From positions 184,580 through 248,579 of IMG/VR virus record IMGVR_UViG_3300009093_000035: a stretch of DNA of 64,000 nucleotides; one strand, given 5' to 3'. Below the pieces are notes generated by a model. The model had not been told where the DNA came from. It made no database searches and was given only the letters and a program-made list of their open reading frames with translations. Both the position numbers and the translations under genes were made by a program. Within the stretch, counting starts at the first letter, position 1. Each line of letters begins with the position of its first letter. Shown here in pieces: positions 14,588-22,968 of this stretch.

Positions 14588-14659
14588 TGGGACACCGGGG
14601 ACTCAAACCCCGTTCTTCCGATTAAGAGTCGGATGCTTCATCACTAAAGCTTGTGTCCC
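14588..14659 (-). tRNA. tRNA-Lys(CUU)
   Basis: TCCGA-CTCTTAA-TCGGA. Confidence 0.85.
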
Positions 14660-14677
14660 GAACTGGAACCGAGGAAC

Positions 14678-14749
14678 TGGGACCGGTGGGGATCGAACCC
14701 ACGACCGTCGGGTTAAAAGCCCGCTGTTCTACCGCTGAACTACGGTCCC
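14678..14749 (-). tRNA. tRNA-Lys(UUU)
   Basis: Loop CTTTTAA. Confidence 0.9.
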
Positions 14750-14796
14750 GAGAGGGGAACCGCAGGGTTTGAGGTTGACGTACATCTTTCGAACCA

Positions 14797-14879
14797 TGGA
14801 GACGCCAGGAATCGAACCTGATTTCCTCCGAAGAGGGGCGGGGTTACAGTCCGCCTACGAGGCCACTCGTATCATCTCC
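14797..14879 (-). tRNA. tRNA-Tyr(GUA)
   Basis: Loop CTGTAAC, V arm. Confidence 0.8.
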
Positions 14880-14890
14880 AAAAGGAACCA

Positions 14891-14974
14891 TGGAGTGTGA
14901 GGGATTCGAACCCTCAATGTCCGAAGACTCCTGATTTACAGTCAGGTGGGGCTACCAATGCCCACGTACACTCC
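14891..14974 (-). tRNA. tRNA-Tyr(GUA)
   Basis: CCTGA-CTGTAAA-TCAGG, V arm. Confidence 0.82.
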
Positions 14975-15041
14975 GCGAGAGAAACCGAGCCGAACCGAAG
15001 TCGAGGAACCGAACGAGAGGACCGAGGGAAACCAGGACCCT

Positions 15042-15082
15042 AAAACGACTTCAGGCCGCCCGGGTTTCCCTGGGCGGCCTGA
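15042..15082 (-). terminator. Intrinsic terminator / attenuator hairpin upstream of the RNA operon
   Basis: TCAGGCCGCCCAGGG-AAA-CCCGGGCGGCCTGA followed by AGTCGTTTT. Confidence 0.65.
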
Positions 15083-15112
15083 CATCATCCCTTTGGGGGG
15101 TAGAGAGTCAGG

Positions 15113-15253
15113 TCACCCGGGGGTACCCTGGAGGTGGCGCGCGATCAGATCCGAGGCTACCGCGACCGTTCCTTCCAAGGCGCACCACGCCGTATTCGGC
15201 TCGGAGGCCGGATACATGCTTGAAGGCTTGGAGGTAAAGGTTTTGGAAGACAT
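15113..15253 (-). CDS. Putative 46-aa leader peptide (uORF) of an attenuator
   Basis: MSSKTFTSKPSSMYPASEPNTAWCALEGTVAVASDLIARHLQGTPG*; stop overlaps an antiterminator strand. Confidence 0.5.
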   Translation of the reverse strand: MSSKTFTSKPSSMYPASEPNTAWCALEGTVAVASDLIARHLQGTPG

Positions 15254-16608
15254 GATCGCCGGTTACAGGTTGACTTTTCGAAGCTAGTACAGGCCGAAGA
15301 GGGAGTCTAGGGAAATCGACTCGGGTGAGTCACTTTCTTTTTCGTCGCCTTCTCGCCGGACTGTTACGCCGTCCCGATCCAGTTCGGTGAATCTTTTTCC
15401 GCTAACTGGAAAAGTCCACTTTATTCGCCCAGGTAGACGAAGCGATCTTCGCTCTCAAGGAGGCGTCGATCGTAGCAACAGAGGTCGGATTGGCCCACCC
15501 TCCCTCACACTGAGGCGTCATCGGAGCCAACTCGATCAGAACTGGAGCGACTACGTCCTCCCAGAAGGACCACCAGTATCCAGCGTTCTCTTCGAAGTTC
15601 GGGAAGACGTACACCACCGGAGAAGGAGCCGCTCTACTTCCCCGAGGGAAGACCGGCTTCCTCTTCTCCGAAAGGATCCCCCAGCAGTCGTTCAGAAGAC
15701 GCTTGTAGGAGACGTTCGAACGGTAGGGAGACGTCACAGAGGAACCTCTTCTTCCCGACTCCCCATAGAGAAGATACACGTCCGCCCGAGGATCTCGCGA
15801 TCCCCAAGTAGAGGAGACGGATCTCTCCGCTCCTGTCACCCCTTCGAGCTTCTCGGGACTCTTCGCTCTCTCGCTACCCTAACAAGGACTACAACGACAA
15901 CGTCTACAATCACCTACAGCAGAAGGACTAGAACCAGAACTACACATTGGGTTTGTATCAGTTGGAGTAGAAGCTCAACTACACAGTTGATTGAAGATCA
16001 CACAATCAATCTATCCCTCTAATCCCCTAACTACTTCTCTGGATCTCCCTTACGGGAAGTTCCTTGTTCCACCTAGCTCGGGATCCTTCTCCGAGGAGAA
16101 GGCGAGACTACCAACTGGAACGGGGGAGGTGATGATCGAGGAGGTCTGTTCTTACCGTAACTACCTCTGAGAGCCTCGTACGTAGGCTAACTTGCGGTGG
16201 GAGTCTTTCCATCGGGAAGGAGGTCTGGGGAACTCTCTCCGTAGGGGTTCGTCCGATAGCGCCCACATAGCTCTATGACCCTTTCGAGTCTGAGACCCCG
16301 TAAGTAACTCCTGTTGGAGGAGGAACTCTCTGTCCCCAAGGTCGGACCGAGTATCCCTTGTGGGGAGGAACTCGGAAGACAGTGGGAGGGAATCTCACGG
16401 TCGAGATCTCCGAAGAGATCCCGAGGACGAACCAGGGTGGGGTTATACGGGAGCTTTTTTCTTGAGTCTACCCACGACCGTAGACACACTGCGGAGACGC
16501 CAGGAAGACCTGTAGGAACCCTTGGGGTGTCGGGGAGGAAGATCCGGGTGTCCGAGGAGATCGACAGCTCCTCGGGGCTCCTAGGGGTAAGTGTTGGCCG
16601 ACCGGAGA

Positions 16609-16637
16609 GGTGTAGAACCTCTTGGCTCGTCCGTTAC
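16609..16637 (+). promoter_or_regulatory. Bipartite phage promoter motif upstream of the CCA enzyme
   Basis: GGTGTA-N13-CGTCCGTTAC. Confidence 0.7.
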
Positions 16638-16646
16638 AGGTAGAAC

Positions 16647-17855
16647 ATGACCCAGATCACCAGCTCGAAGTCGGTCGCCCTCATGAAGTTCCTCTCGGCC
16701 CTCGCCCGAAAGCTCGGGGTAGGGGCTCACGTCTACGTCGTGGGTGGGGCCGTCCGGAACTTCCTCATGGGACAGCCGGTGAAGGACCTCGACGTCGTGA
16801 TCGACTCGATCGCCCTCGGAGAAGGTCGAGACAGCGCCTGGTTCGCGTCCAACGTTCTGGAGGCGATCCCCGAGTGGTCCAACCTCACGACGAACCAGTA
16901 CGGGGTCGCGATCCTCACGGTGAAGGGACCCTGGGTCCTCGACGGCTTCTCCATGGAGGGGGAAGTGATCGAGATCGCCAACGCTCGGAAGGAGTCCTAC
17001 GGGTCCTCGGGCGGGAAAGGGAAGGGCTACAAGCCCACCGACGTCCAGCCCTCCACGATCGAGGAGGACATCTACCGGCGCGAGTTCACGTTCAACACCT
17101 TGCTGTGGCGCCTCGAAGACGTTGCGGAAGGACCGGAAGGGGCTCCGGTGATCGACATCACGGGGCTCGGCCTCACCCACCTCAAAGAGAAGCTGATCCA
17201 AACGCCTCTCGATCCGGACCGGACGTTCTCCGACGACCCGACGAGGATGCTCCGGGCGATCAAGTTCCTCATGCGCTACGACCTCCGCCTCTCCGAAGAG
17301 GTCGAGCGGTCGATCATGAAGAACGCCTCGAAGATGACCCAGATGCCTTGGGAGGCGGTCGCTACGATCCTCGTCCGTGACATCCTCTCGCTCCCCAGCG
17401 CGAAGGAAGCTCTCTTCCGGATGATGGGGCTCGGGCTCGTTCGAGTTCTGAAGGGGATGGTCCAGGACCAGCCTCCCTTCGCCTCGTACATGGCGGGTCA
17501 GTTCGGCTCGGGCGAGGCGGACCTGAAGCTTCTCGTCCTCATGGATGACCTCGGGCTCGGAGGACGCGCGTTCAGCTTCCTCTCCCCGGCCCAGAAGGTT
17601 CGCTTCAAGGCTCTGGTCGTCGGGGCCGAGGACGAGTGGGTCCGGAAGCTCTACACGCTTCTCCAGAAGCCCCCGATCCGATCTCTGGCTCTGTTCGCGG
17701 ACTTCGGCCTCGAAGGGAAGGCGCGGTCAGCCCCCGCGATCTTCGCCCGAGAGGCGATCCTCGAAGACCTCTCGTTGGTCGAAGAGCCGGAACGGATCGA
17801 AGCGGTCGTACGGGAGATGCTCGGGGGGATTCCGCCGGCCCCTCCCGCCCCCTAG
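16647..17855 (+). CDS. cca: Class II CCA-adding tRNA nucleotidyltransferase / poly(A) polymerase family
   Basis: YVVGGAVRN..DLDVV, IEIANARKESY, EDIYRREFTFN, FSDDPTRMLRAIKF; tRNAs here lack encoded CCA. Confidence 0.85.
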   Translation: MTQITSSKSVALMKFLSALARKLGVGAHVYVVGGAVRNFLMGQPVKDLDVVIDSIALGEGRDSAWFASNVLEAIPEWSNLTTNQYGVAILTVKGPWVLDGFSMEGEVIEIANARKESYGSSGGKGKGYKPTDVQPSTIEEDIYRREFTFNTLLWRLEDVAEGPEGAPVIDITGLGLTHLKEKLIQTPLDPDRTFSDDPTRMLRAIKFLMRYDLRLSEEVERSIMKNASKMTQMPWEAVATILVRDILSLPSAKEALFRMMGLGLVRVLKGMVQDQPPFASYMAGQFGSGEADLKLLVLMDDLGLGGRAFSFLSPAQKVRFKALVVGAEDEWVRKLYTLLQKPPIRSLALFADFGLEGKARSAPAIFAREAILEDLSLVEEPERIEAVVREMLGGIPPAPPAP

Positions 17856-18040
17856 GACGCCCGCTCGGGCGGGAGCCCCATCGCTGTGCGGAACGCTCGG
17901 CGACGGCTCCTAGCCTCGTCTACGGTCCCCGGCGGTGGTCGAGGAGGCTCCAGCGGGTCGAGCCTCGGGATGTACCACCCGACGCCGAGCCGGTAGACCC
18001 ATCCCTGAGGCGGGGTGGGGATTCGAGTCGCCATGACGCG

Positions 18041-19597
18041 TCAGACGGCCGGGAGCTGCTTCTTCATCCATTCAGCGAAGACATCGAGTGCGTCGTTCGC
18101 GGAACCGACCTCGTGAGACCCGGGGAGCTTCTTCCCATCCGGTCCGCAGACCGTGAATCGCTTCACGTTCGTATGGCCGTACGAATAGTTCTTGTTCGGC
18201 ACCATCAGAGGGATCTGCTTGTTCAGTTGGCGAACCCAACCCACGACCCCTTCCGAGGAAACGATCGCCGAGATCTTCGAATCGGCGCTCTGGAACAAGT
18301 CGATCGTCTTCGGCATCCCCGCCAGATCCTTCGGGCTCGTCGAAAGACGAAGTCCGCGTTCGGCCTTCTGGATCCGCTGACGGAGACGTTCGACGCGACC
18401 TCCCATGTCCTTCCGGTACTGCTTGATGACGTCTGTCTTCTTGTTCGACTTGTACATCTCGTCCAAGGTCTGGTCGAACTGAGCCTTCAGCTCTTCGTAG
18501 CCCAAGCCGGACTCAGGGTCGACGATCTGGACGGGAGCCTTCCCCGCGAGCCGAGACATGTAGATCGAGGCGACCTGTTCAGCAAGGTCGATCCGCGCTT
18601 CGCGAGCCTTCGCTTCCCGAAGCCGAGCGAGGTAGCGGCCCGCGACACGATTGCGAAGATTCGCCATCCGACCCGAGAGAAGACTCTGGACCTGGGTCGG
18701 GTTCTTCTGGAACAGGTTGAGGATCTTCGCCTGCTCGTCGGGGTGAGAGGAGATGTACTGCTCCAGGACGTTCATGAACTCGATCTTCGCCCCGGAGAAC
18801 TGAGAGAGGGTCGCTCCGATCGCCGCCGCGGACTCGCTGTCGCTCAGACCGCGCTGACCGGAGCGGAGGAGATCGAGGTACTGCTTGATGCGTTCCCCGC
18901 GCTTCGCTCGGATCGTGATCTTCGGGAGCTTCTCGTAGAGCCAGTCGAAGAACTGCTTCGCGAGAGGATGGTCCGGGTGGGTGAAGAGGGCGTCGATCAC
19001 GGCCGACCACGAGTCGGGCTCGTCCGAGTCCGGCTTCGTGACCATCTCCTCCTCGTTGGTCCACGTCTCGTTGTAGCGAGCGCGAGTCTTCTCGGACTTG
19101 ATCACGTCGAGTGCGCGCCGGAAGACAAAGGTGATGGCCTGGCGCGAGGCTTCGTCGGGCGTGTACCCCTCGGCCATGACCTTGCTGTTCTTCTGAGCAG
19201 CGTACCGACCGGCTGCCCAGAACGGGGACTTCCCGCCCATGGCGAGGTTGTTCCCCTCTTCGTCGGTTCCCCAGCCCTGGAGCCCCATCAGGGACTGCAT
19301 CAGGTCGGCCGCCTCGGTCGTCCGCTCGACGTTCTGGGAGCGGATGATCTTGTTGACGTTCATGAAGGCCTTCCGGTAGAGACCGGTGTCCCCCTTCGAG
19401 AGCCACTCCGGAGAGACGCCGCCGATCTCCTTCGCCATGTCCCCGATCTTCCCGAGAAGTTGGGTCTTCCCGGTGAGGCCGCGGATCCGAGTGAAGGGGG
19501 CCGCGCCGAGGAAGCCTTCCAGGAACTGGGCTCGCGCGAGCACGTCCATCTCGTCGAAGATGCCGGCCGTCTTGAGGAAATTGGATAGCAGCAACAT
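18041..19597 (-). CDS. Sigma-factor-like domain (regions 2 and 4) within a larger protein carrying KTA/RVA motifs
   Basis: EAADLMQSL, ITFVFRRALDVIKSEKTRARY, HTH-like GLSDSESAAAIGATLSQFSGAK. Confidence 0.4.
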   Translation of the reverse strand: MLLLSNFLKTAGIFDEMDVLARAQFLEGFLGAAPFTRIRGLTGKTQLLGKIGDMAKEIGGVSPEWLSKGDTGLYRKAFMNVNKIIRSQNVERTTEAADLMQSLMGLQGWGTDEEGNNLAMGGKSPFWAAGRYAAQKNSKVMAEGYTPDEASRQAITFVFRRALDVIKSEKTRARYNETWTNEEEMVTKPDSDEPDSWSAVIDALFTHPDHPLAKQFFDWLYEKLPKITIRAKRGERIKQYLDLLRSGQRGLSDSESAAAIGATLSQFSGAKIEFMNVLEQYISSHPDEQAKILNLFQKNPTQVQSLLSGRMANLRNRVAGRYLARLREAKAREARIDLAEQVASIYMSRLAGKAPVQIVDPESGLGYEELKAQFDQTLDEMYKSNKKTDVIKQYRKDMGGRVERLRQRIQKAERGLRLSTSPKDLAGMPKTIDLFQSADSKISAIVSSEGVVGWVRQLNKQIPLMVPNKNYSYGHTNVKRFTVCGPDGKKLPGSHEVGSANDALDVFAEWMKKQLPAV

Positions 19598-19661
19598 GCG
19601 TGAGTCTCTCCGGCGCCAACGTTGGGGCCTTCCCCCAGAAGCTCATCGTTTCGTTACCGGG

Positions 19662-19690
19662 AGTGGAAAGAAGCCGGCCTCGTTCGTTAC
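19662..19690 (+). promoter_or_regulatory. Bipartite promoter upstream of the ECF-like sigma gene
   Basis: AGTGGA-N13-CGTTCGTTAC. Confidence 0.65.
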
Positions 19691-19904
19691 CTCTTCGAGG
19701 GGATCTCGTACCCCTCCGAAGGCGGTGTATACACTACCGATAGTGCCATCGAAAATTCGACCCTGACACCTGGGTTTTTTCTTTACGAGGCCCCACCCGT
19801 TCGGTATATGTACCTCGACCTAGCGTGACCTCGCGTCCGTTCAGGTTCCATTAAACGCCCGAAAGTCACTGACTTCAGGGCCGATTCGGAGAGTCCCCCT
19901 ACCA

Positions 19905-20702
19905 ATGTCTATCCTCCTCGGGTTCGACCCGACGCTCCCCTGTCCAGTTTCGGAAGAAGACCGCTACAAGTTCCTCACGAACTACAGCGACCACCTTTCG
20001 GCCCAGACTCGCCCTTCCCTGTCCGGTCGAGACACCCTCACCGGCAAGTGGATGGAGAAGTACGGAGCCGAGACGCGGGCGATGCTCGTGGAGCACCTCA
20101 GCCACAAGCTTCCGACGTCGCGTCGGGTGAAGGTGGTCGAGGACCACGTTCAGACGTTCCTCGTCCGTCTCGTCGAGCGAGACACGCTCGCTCCGAAGAT
20201 CCTCGAAGCGAAGGGCTCCCGCGGGAACCCGATCAACCCCAGCGTCCTCCGCGTGTGGTGCTTCCAGAGCGCCTGTACCGAGATGCGTGGGTGGGGTGTG
20301 GACGCTTCGCTCCGGAAGTCTCTCGGCGCGAAGACGAATCGCGACCGGATGGCCGATCAGGGGAAGCTCCCGACGGTGGTCGTTCAGTCGACCGAGGCCG
20401 TGATCGAGCGTCGCTACGAGGTCGAGAACGGGGAGGTGGTATCCGACATCCACAACCCGAACGAGGTCTCGATCGAGAGGTCGATGATCTCGTCCGAGAC
20501 CTGCGCTCGGATCCGTTCGCTCGTTCAGCGGAAGGTCGGCTCTTCGGATCCGAGCCTCGTGGGTCTCGTCTCTCTCCTCATGGAGAGCGGAGACCATCGT
20601 GAAGCGGCGGCCGAGATGGGCATCTCCCGTACGAAGATGAAGTCGGCGATGTCTCTGATCCGAGAGGCGCTCGAAGGCGAAGATCTTCTCGCGGTCGACT
20701 AG
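19905..20702 (+). CDS. ECF-like RNA polymerase sigma factor
   Basis: Region 2-like VEDHVQTFLVRL..LRVWCFQSACTEMR; region 4 HTH DHREAAAEMGISRTKMKSAMSLIREAL. Confidence 0.6.
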   Translation: MSILLGFDPTLPCPVSEEDRYKFLTNYSDHLSAQTRPSLSGRDTLTGKWMEKYGAETRAMLVEHLSHKLPTSRRVKVVEDHVQTFLVRLVERDTLAPKILEAKGSRGNPINPSVLRVWCFQSACTEMRGWGVDASLRKSLGAKTNRDRMADQGKLPTVVVQSTEAVIERRYEVENGEVVSDIHNPNEVSIERSMISSETCARIRSLVQRKVGSSDPSLVGLVSLLMESGDHREAAAEMGISRTKMKSAMSLIREALEGEDLLAVD

Positions 20703-21295
20703 AGGTCGCCCGGACCCTGTCCGATCTCCTTCAGCGCGTTCTCGATCATCATCTCGATCCCGGTCTTCGTCCGCCCCAGAAGGTCCGAAAGGTCCTTCAT
20801 CTCTCGGAGCGGACGAAGCATCAGGGACGGAGCTTCGGTTCGTCCGACGCCCATCGACTTGTGCTTCGCGAGAACGCGCGCGGCGTCCTTGAACTCGCCC
20901 TCGACCTTCGCCGCCATGGCGTTGAGGTCGGCGACCCTCCGGTTCAGCACCTTCGTGACTTCACCAGCCGCTCCGCCAAGGATCAGCTTCTCGGCCTTCT
21001 CCCACTGCTCGGGGGTATTCGCCCTCTTCGAGAGCGCGCGACCCGCTACGCGAGCCGGAGAGGCCTTCTTGCTGGCCTTCTCGTAGTCATCGGCGACGTT
21101 CTGGGCGAGGTCCCAAACCCAGTGGGTCTCGTCGTCGAGCCAGCCACCGAGGTCCTTCTTGTCGAACTCGCTGGCCGCCGCCTCGGCCAGCTCGGTCATG
21201 TTGACCTCGCCGGTCTTCGGGTCGACGTAGTCCTCGACCATCTTCTTCATCCACGTCTTCACAGACGCCTTTGAAGGATCTGCTGCGGTTCTCAT
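20699..21295 (-). CDS. Hypothetical, putative virion protein
   Basis: Strong GC3 bias; RTA/RVA/KRA motifs. Confidence 0.65.
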   Translation of the reverse strand: MRTAADPSKASVKTWMKKMVEDYVDPKTGEVNMTELAEAAASEFDKKDLGGWLDDETHWVWDLAQNVADDYEKASKKASPARVAGRALSKRANTPEQWEKAEKLILGGAAGEVTKVLNRRVADLNAMAAKVEGEFKDAARVLAKHKSMGVGRTEAPSLMLRPLREMKDLSDLLGRTKTGIEMMIENALKEIGQGPGDL

Positions 21296-21296
21296 C

Positions 21297-21968
21297 TCAG
21301 TGTCCTCCGAAGCCTGAGGTCTGATACAGCGGCTTCCCGTCCCACTTGTAGGCGGTCTGGGAGTCGGTGACCTTCACGTACATCCGATTTCCGCCGGACG
21401 TCTGAGGGATCTTCTTGATCTCGGGTCCGGAGAAGTGGTTGGGCTGGGCCACGACGTAGTCCGCCCCGCGCTCCTCGCGAACGACCTTCCCATCGACTGG
21501 TCGGATACCGACCTGCTTCCCCTTCAGAGAAGTGACCTGGTAGAAATTGATGTTCGTCTGGTCATAGCCCCAAGACGAGTACAGCAGATCTCCGACCTGG
21601 AGTCCATGCTGGAAGTTCTTCTTCTCTTCGAGGCGCTTTCGCTTCTCGGCGACCTGGGCCTCGTAGCTGATGACCTGGTCCACGATCGATCGGGAACGAG
21701 CGGCGTCGTCTCGGAAGCGTCGGTACCAGAGGGGCTTGTCGGCCTTCCCCGCCCAAGCCGCTGCCATGATCGCGCCTTCCATCTCCCAGGACCAGATCTC
21801 CAGCCCTTCCGGAGTATCCTCCCGCTTCAGCGTCGGGTTGTCCTTCGGGATGAAGCTCGCGCGTGGGAACGTGAAGCTTGCGGCTTCCTTCAAGAGCGGA
21901 AGGAGCGCCGACCGAAGCTCGGGCTTCGAGTGGGCGAGGCGGATGAGAGATCGGCGGAGAGTGTTCAT
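21297..21968 (-). CDS. Hypothetical with LIRLAHSKPELR leader
   Basis: Shared leader; LQVGDLLYSSWGYDQTNINFYQV resembles a common small phage domain. Confidence 0.7.
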   Translation of the reverse strand: MNTLRRSLIRLAHSKPELRSALLPLLKEAASFTFPRASFIPKDNPTLKREDTPEGLEIWSWEMEGAIMAAAWAGKADKPLWYRRFRDDAARSRSIVDQVISYEAQVAEKRKRLEEKKNFQHGLQVGDLLYSSWGYDQTNINFYQVTSLKGKQVGIRPVDGKVVREERGADYVVAQPNHFSGPEIKKIPQTSGGNRMYVKVTDSQTAYKWDGKPLYQTSGFGGH

Positions 21969-22022
21969 GTCGCTCTTCGTGGGTAGCTCTCATTGCGGGC
22001 GTATAGGTCCCGAAACGACGAG

Positions 22023-22051
22023 AGTGTAAGAGTCAGGCCTTCGCCCGTTAC
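22023..22051 (+). promoter_or_regulatory. Bipartite promoter
   Basis: AGTGTA-N13-CGCCCGTTAC, ending 6 nt before ATG 22058. Confidence 0.7.
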
Positions 22052-22057
22052 TAGGTC

Positions 22058-22480
22058 ATGGACACGGCCCTCGCTCCACGTCGACCCCTTCGCCGTTCTT
22101 TCCTCTCGCGGGAGAAAGTGAAGGAGATCCAAGATCTTACGTTGAAGATCGCGGGAGAGGTCCTTCCGAGCGGGGTCGTTCCGCTCGTTCGCTGGAACTA
22201 CTCGCGGGAGTCGTTGGGCCTCGCCTTCACGAGCTTCCTGTGCTTCCGAGATCCTCGGATCACCTACTCGCGCCGTCTCATGAAGTACGCCTCGGAGGCG
22301 GAACAGATCGAAACCGTCTACCACGAGATCTCCCACCTCATCGTCTTCTACGATCTCTCGGCGAACCATGACACAAGCGGGGTCTGGGAGGCGATGCGAG
22401 CGGAAGGAGACCACGGACCCCTCTTCCGCGCTGCGATGGCAAAGTTCGGATACCCGAACCCGACGGGTTGCGGCCGCTAG
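22058..22480 (+). CDS. SprT-like zinc metalloprotease
   Basis: TVYHEISH..DHGPLF. Confidence 0.75.
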   Translation: MDTALAPRRPLRRSFLSREKVKEIQDLTLKIAGEVLPSGVVPLVRWNYSRESLGLAFTSFLCFRDPRITYSRRLMKYASEAEQIETVYHEISHLIVFYDLSANHDTSGVWEAMRAEGDHGPLFRAAMAKFGYPNPTGCGR

Positions 22481-22968
22481 AGCGTAAGTCAGGGATGAGC
22501 CGATTCGCTTCAGAAGGAGAAGCGCGTTACCCTCGCCAGGGAATGAGTCAACGCGTCCACTCTTCGAGATTCAACCCCGATCAGACCGAGAGGGTCATCC
22601 TCAACATCCGAGACGAGAAAGACCCGAAGAAGAAGCTCATGGAGCTGGATCTTCCTTCTCGTCTCTCGGTTCCGTTTGGCTGGTGGCTGAAGACTCGGGG
22701 AATCCTGAAGACGTGATGGAGACGTACTCCAACGGGGACGTCACCACCGAACACGGAGTGGATCCGTCGACCGGGAAGTACCGTCTCCGCCAGAGCGTTC
22801 GTGGAACCCTCGTCCTCGACGTCTCGGCCCCCACGAAAGAGGAAGTCCTCTCGGCGGGTCGGATCTTCGTACTACACGAACTCGTTCGGCGCGACGACCT
22901 GAGGGCCACCGGGGTCCACGAACCGTGCGAAGGGTGCGAGTTCGAAGATTCGTTCCCGAAGCCCTAGG

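Noticed and set aside
3863-14974. Suppressor tRNAs or stop-codon recoding
   Set aside because: No CUA/UCA/UUA anticodon in a proper loop; known genes are full length in the standard code
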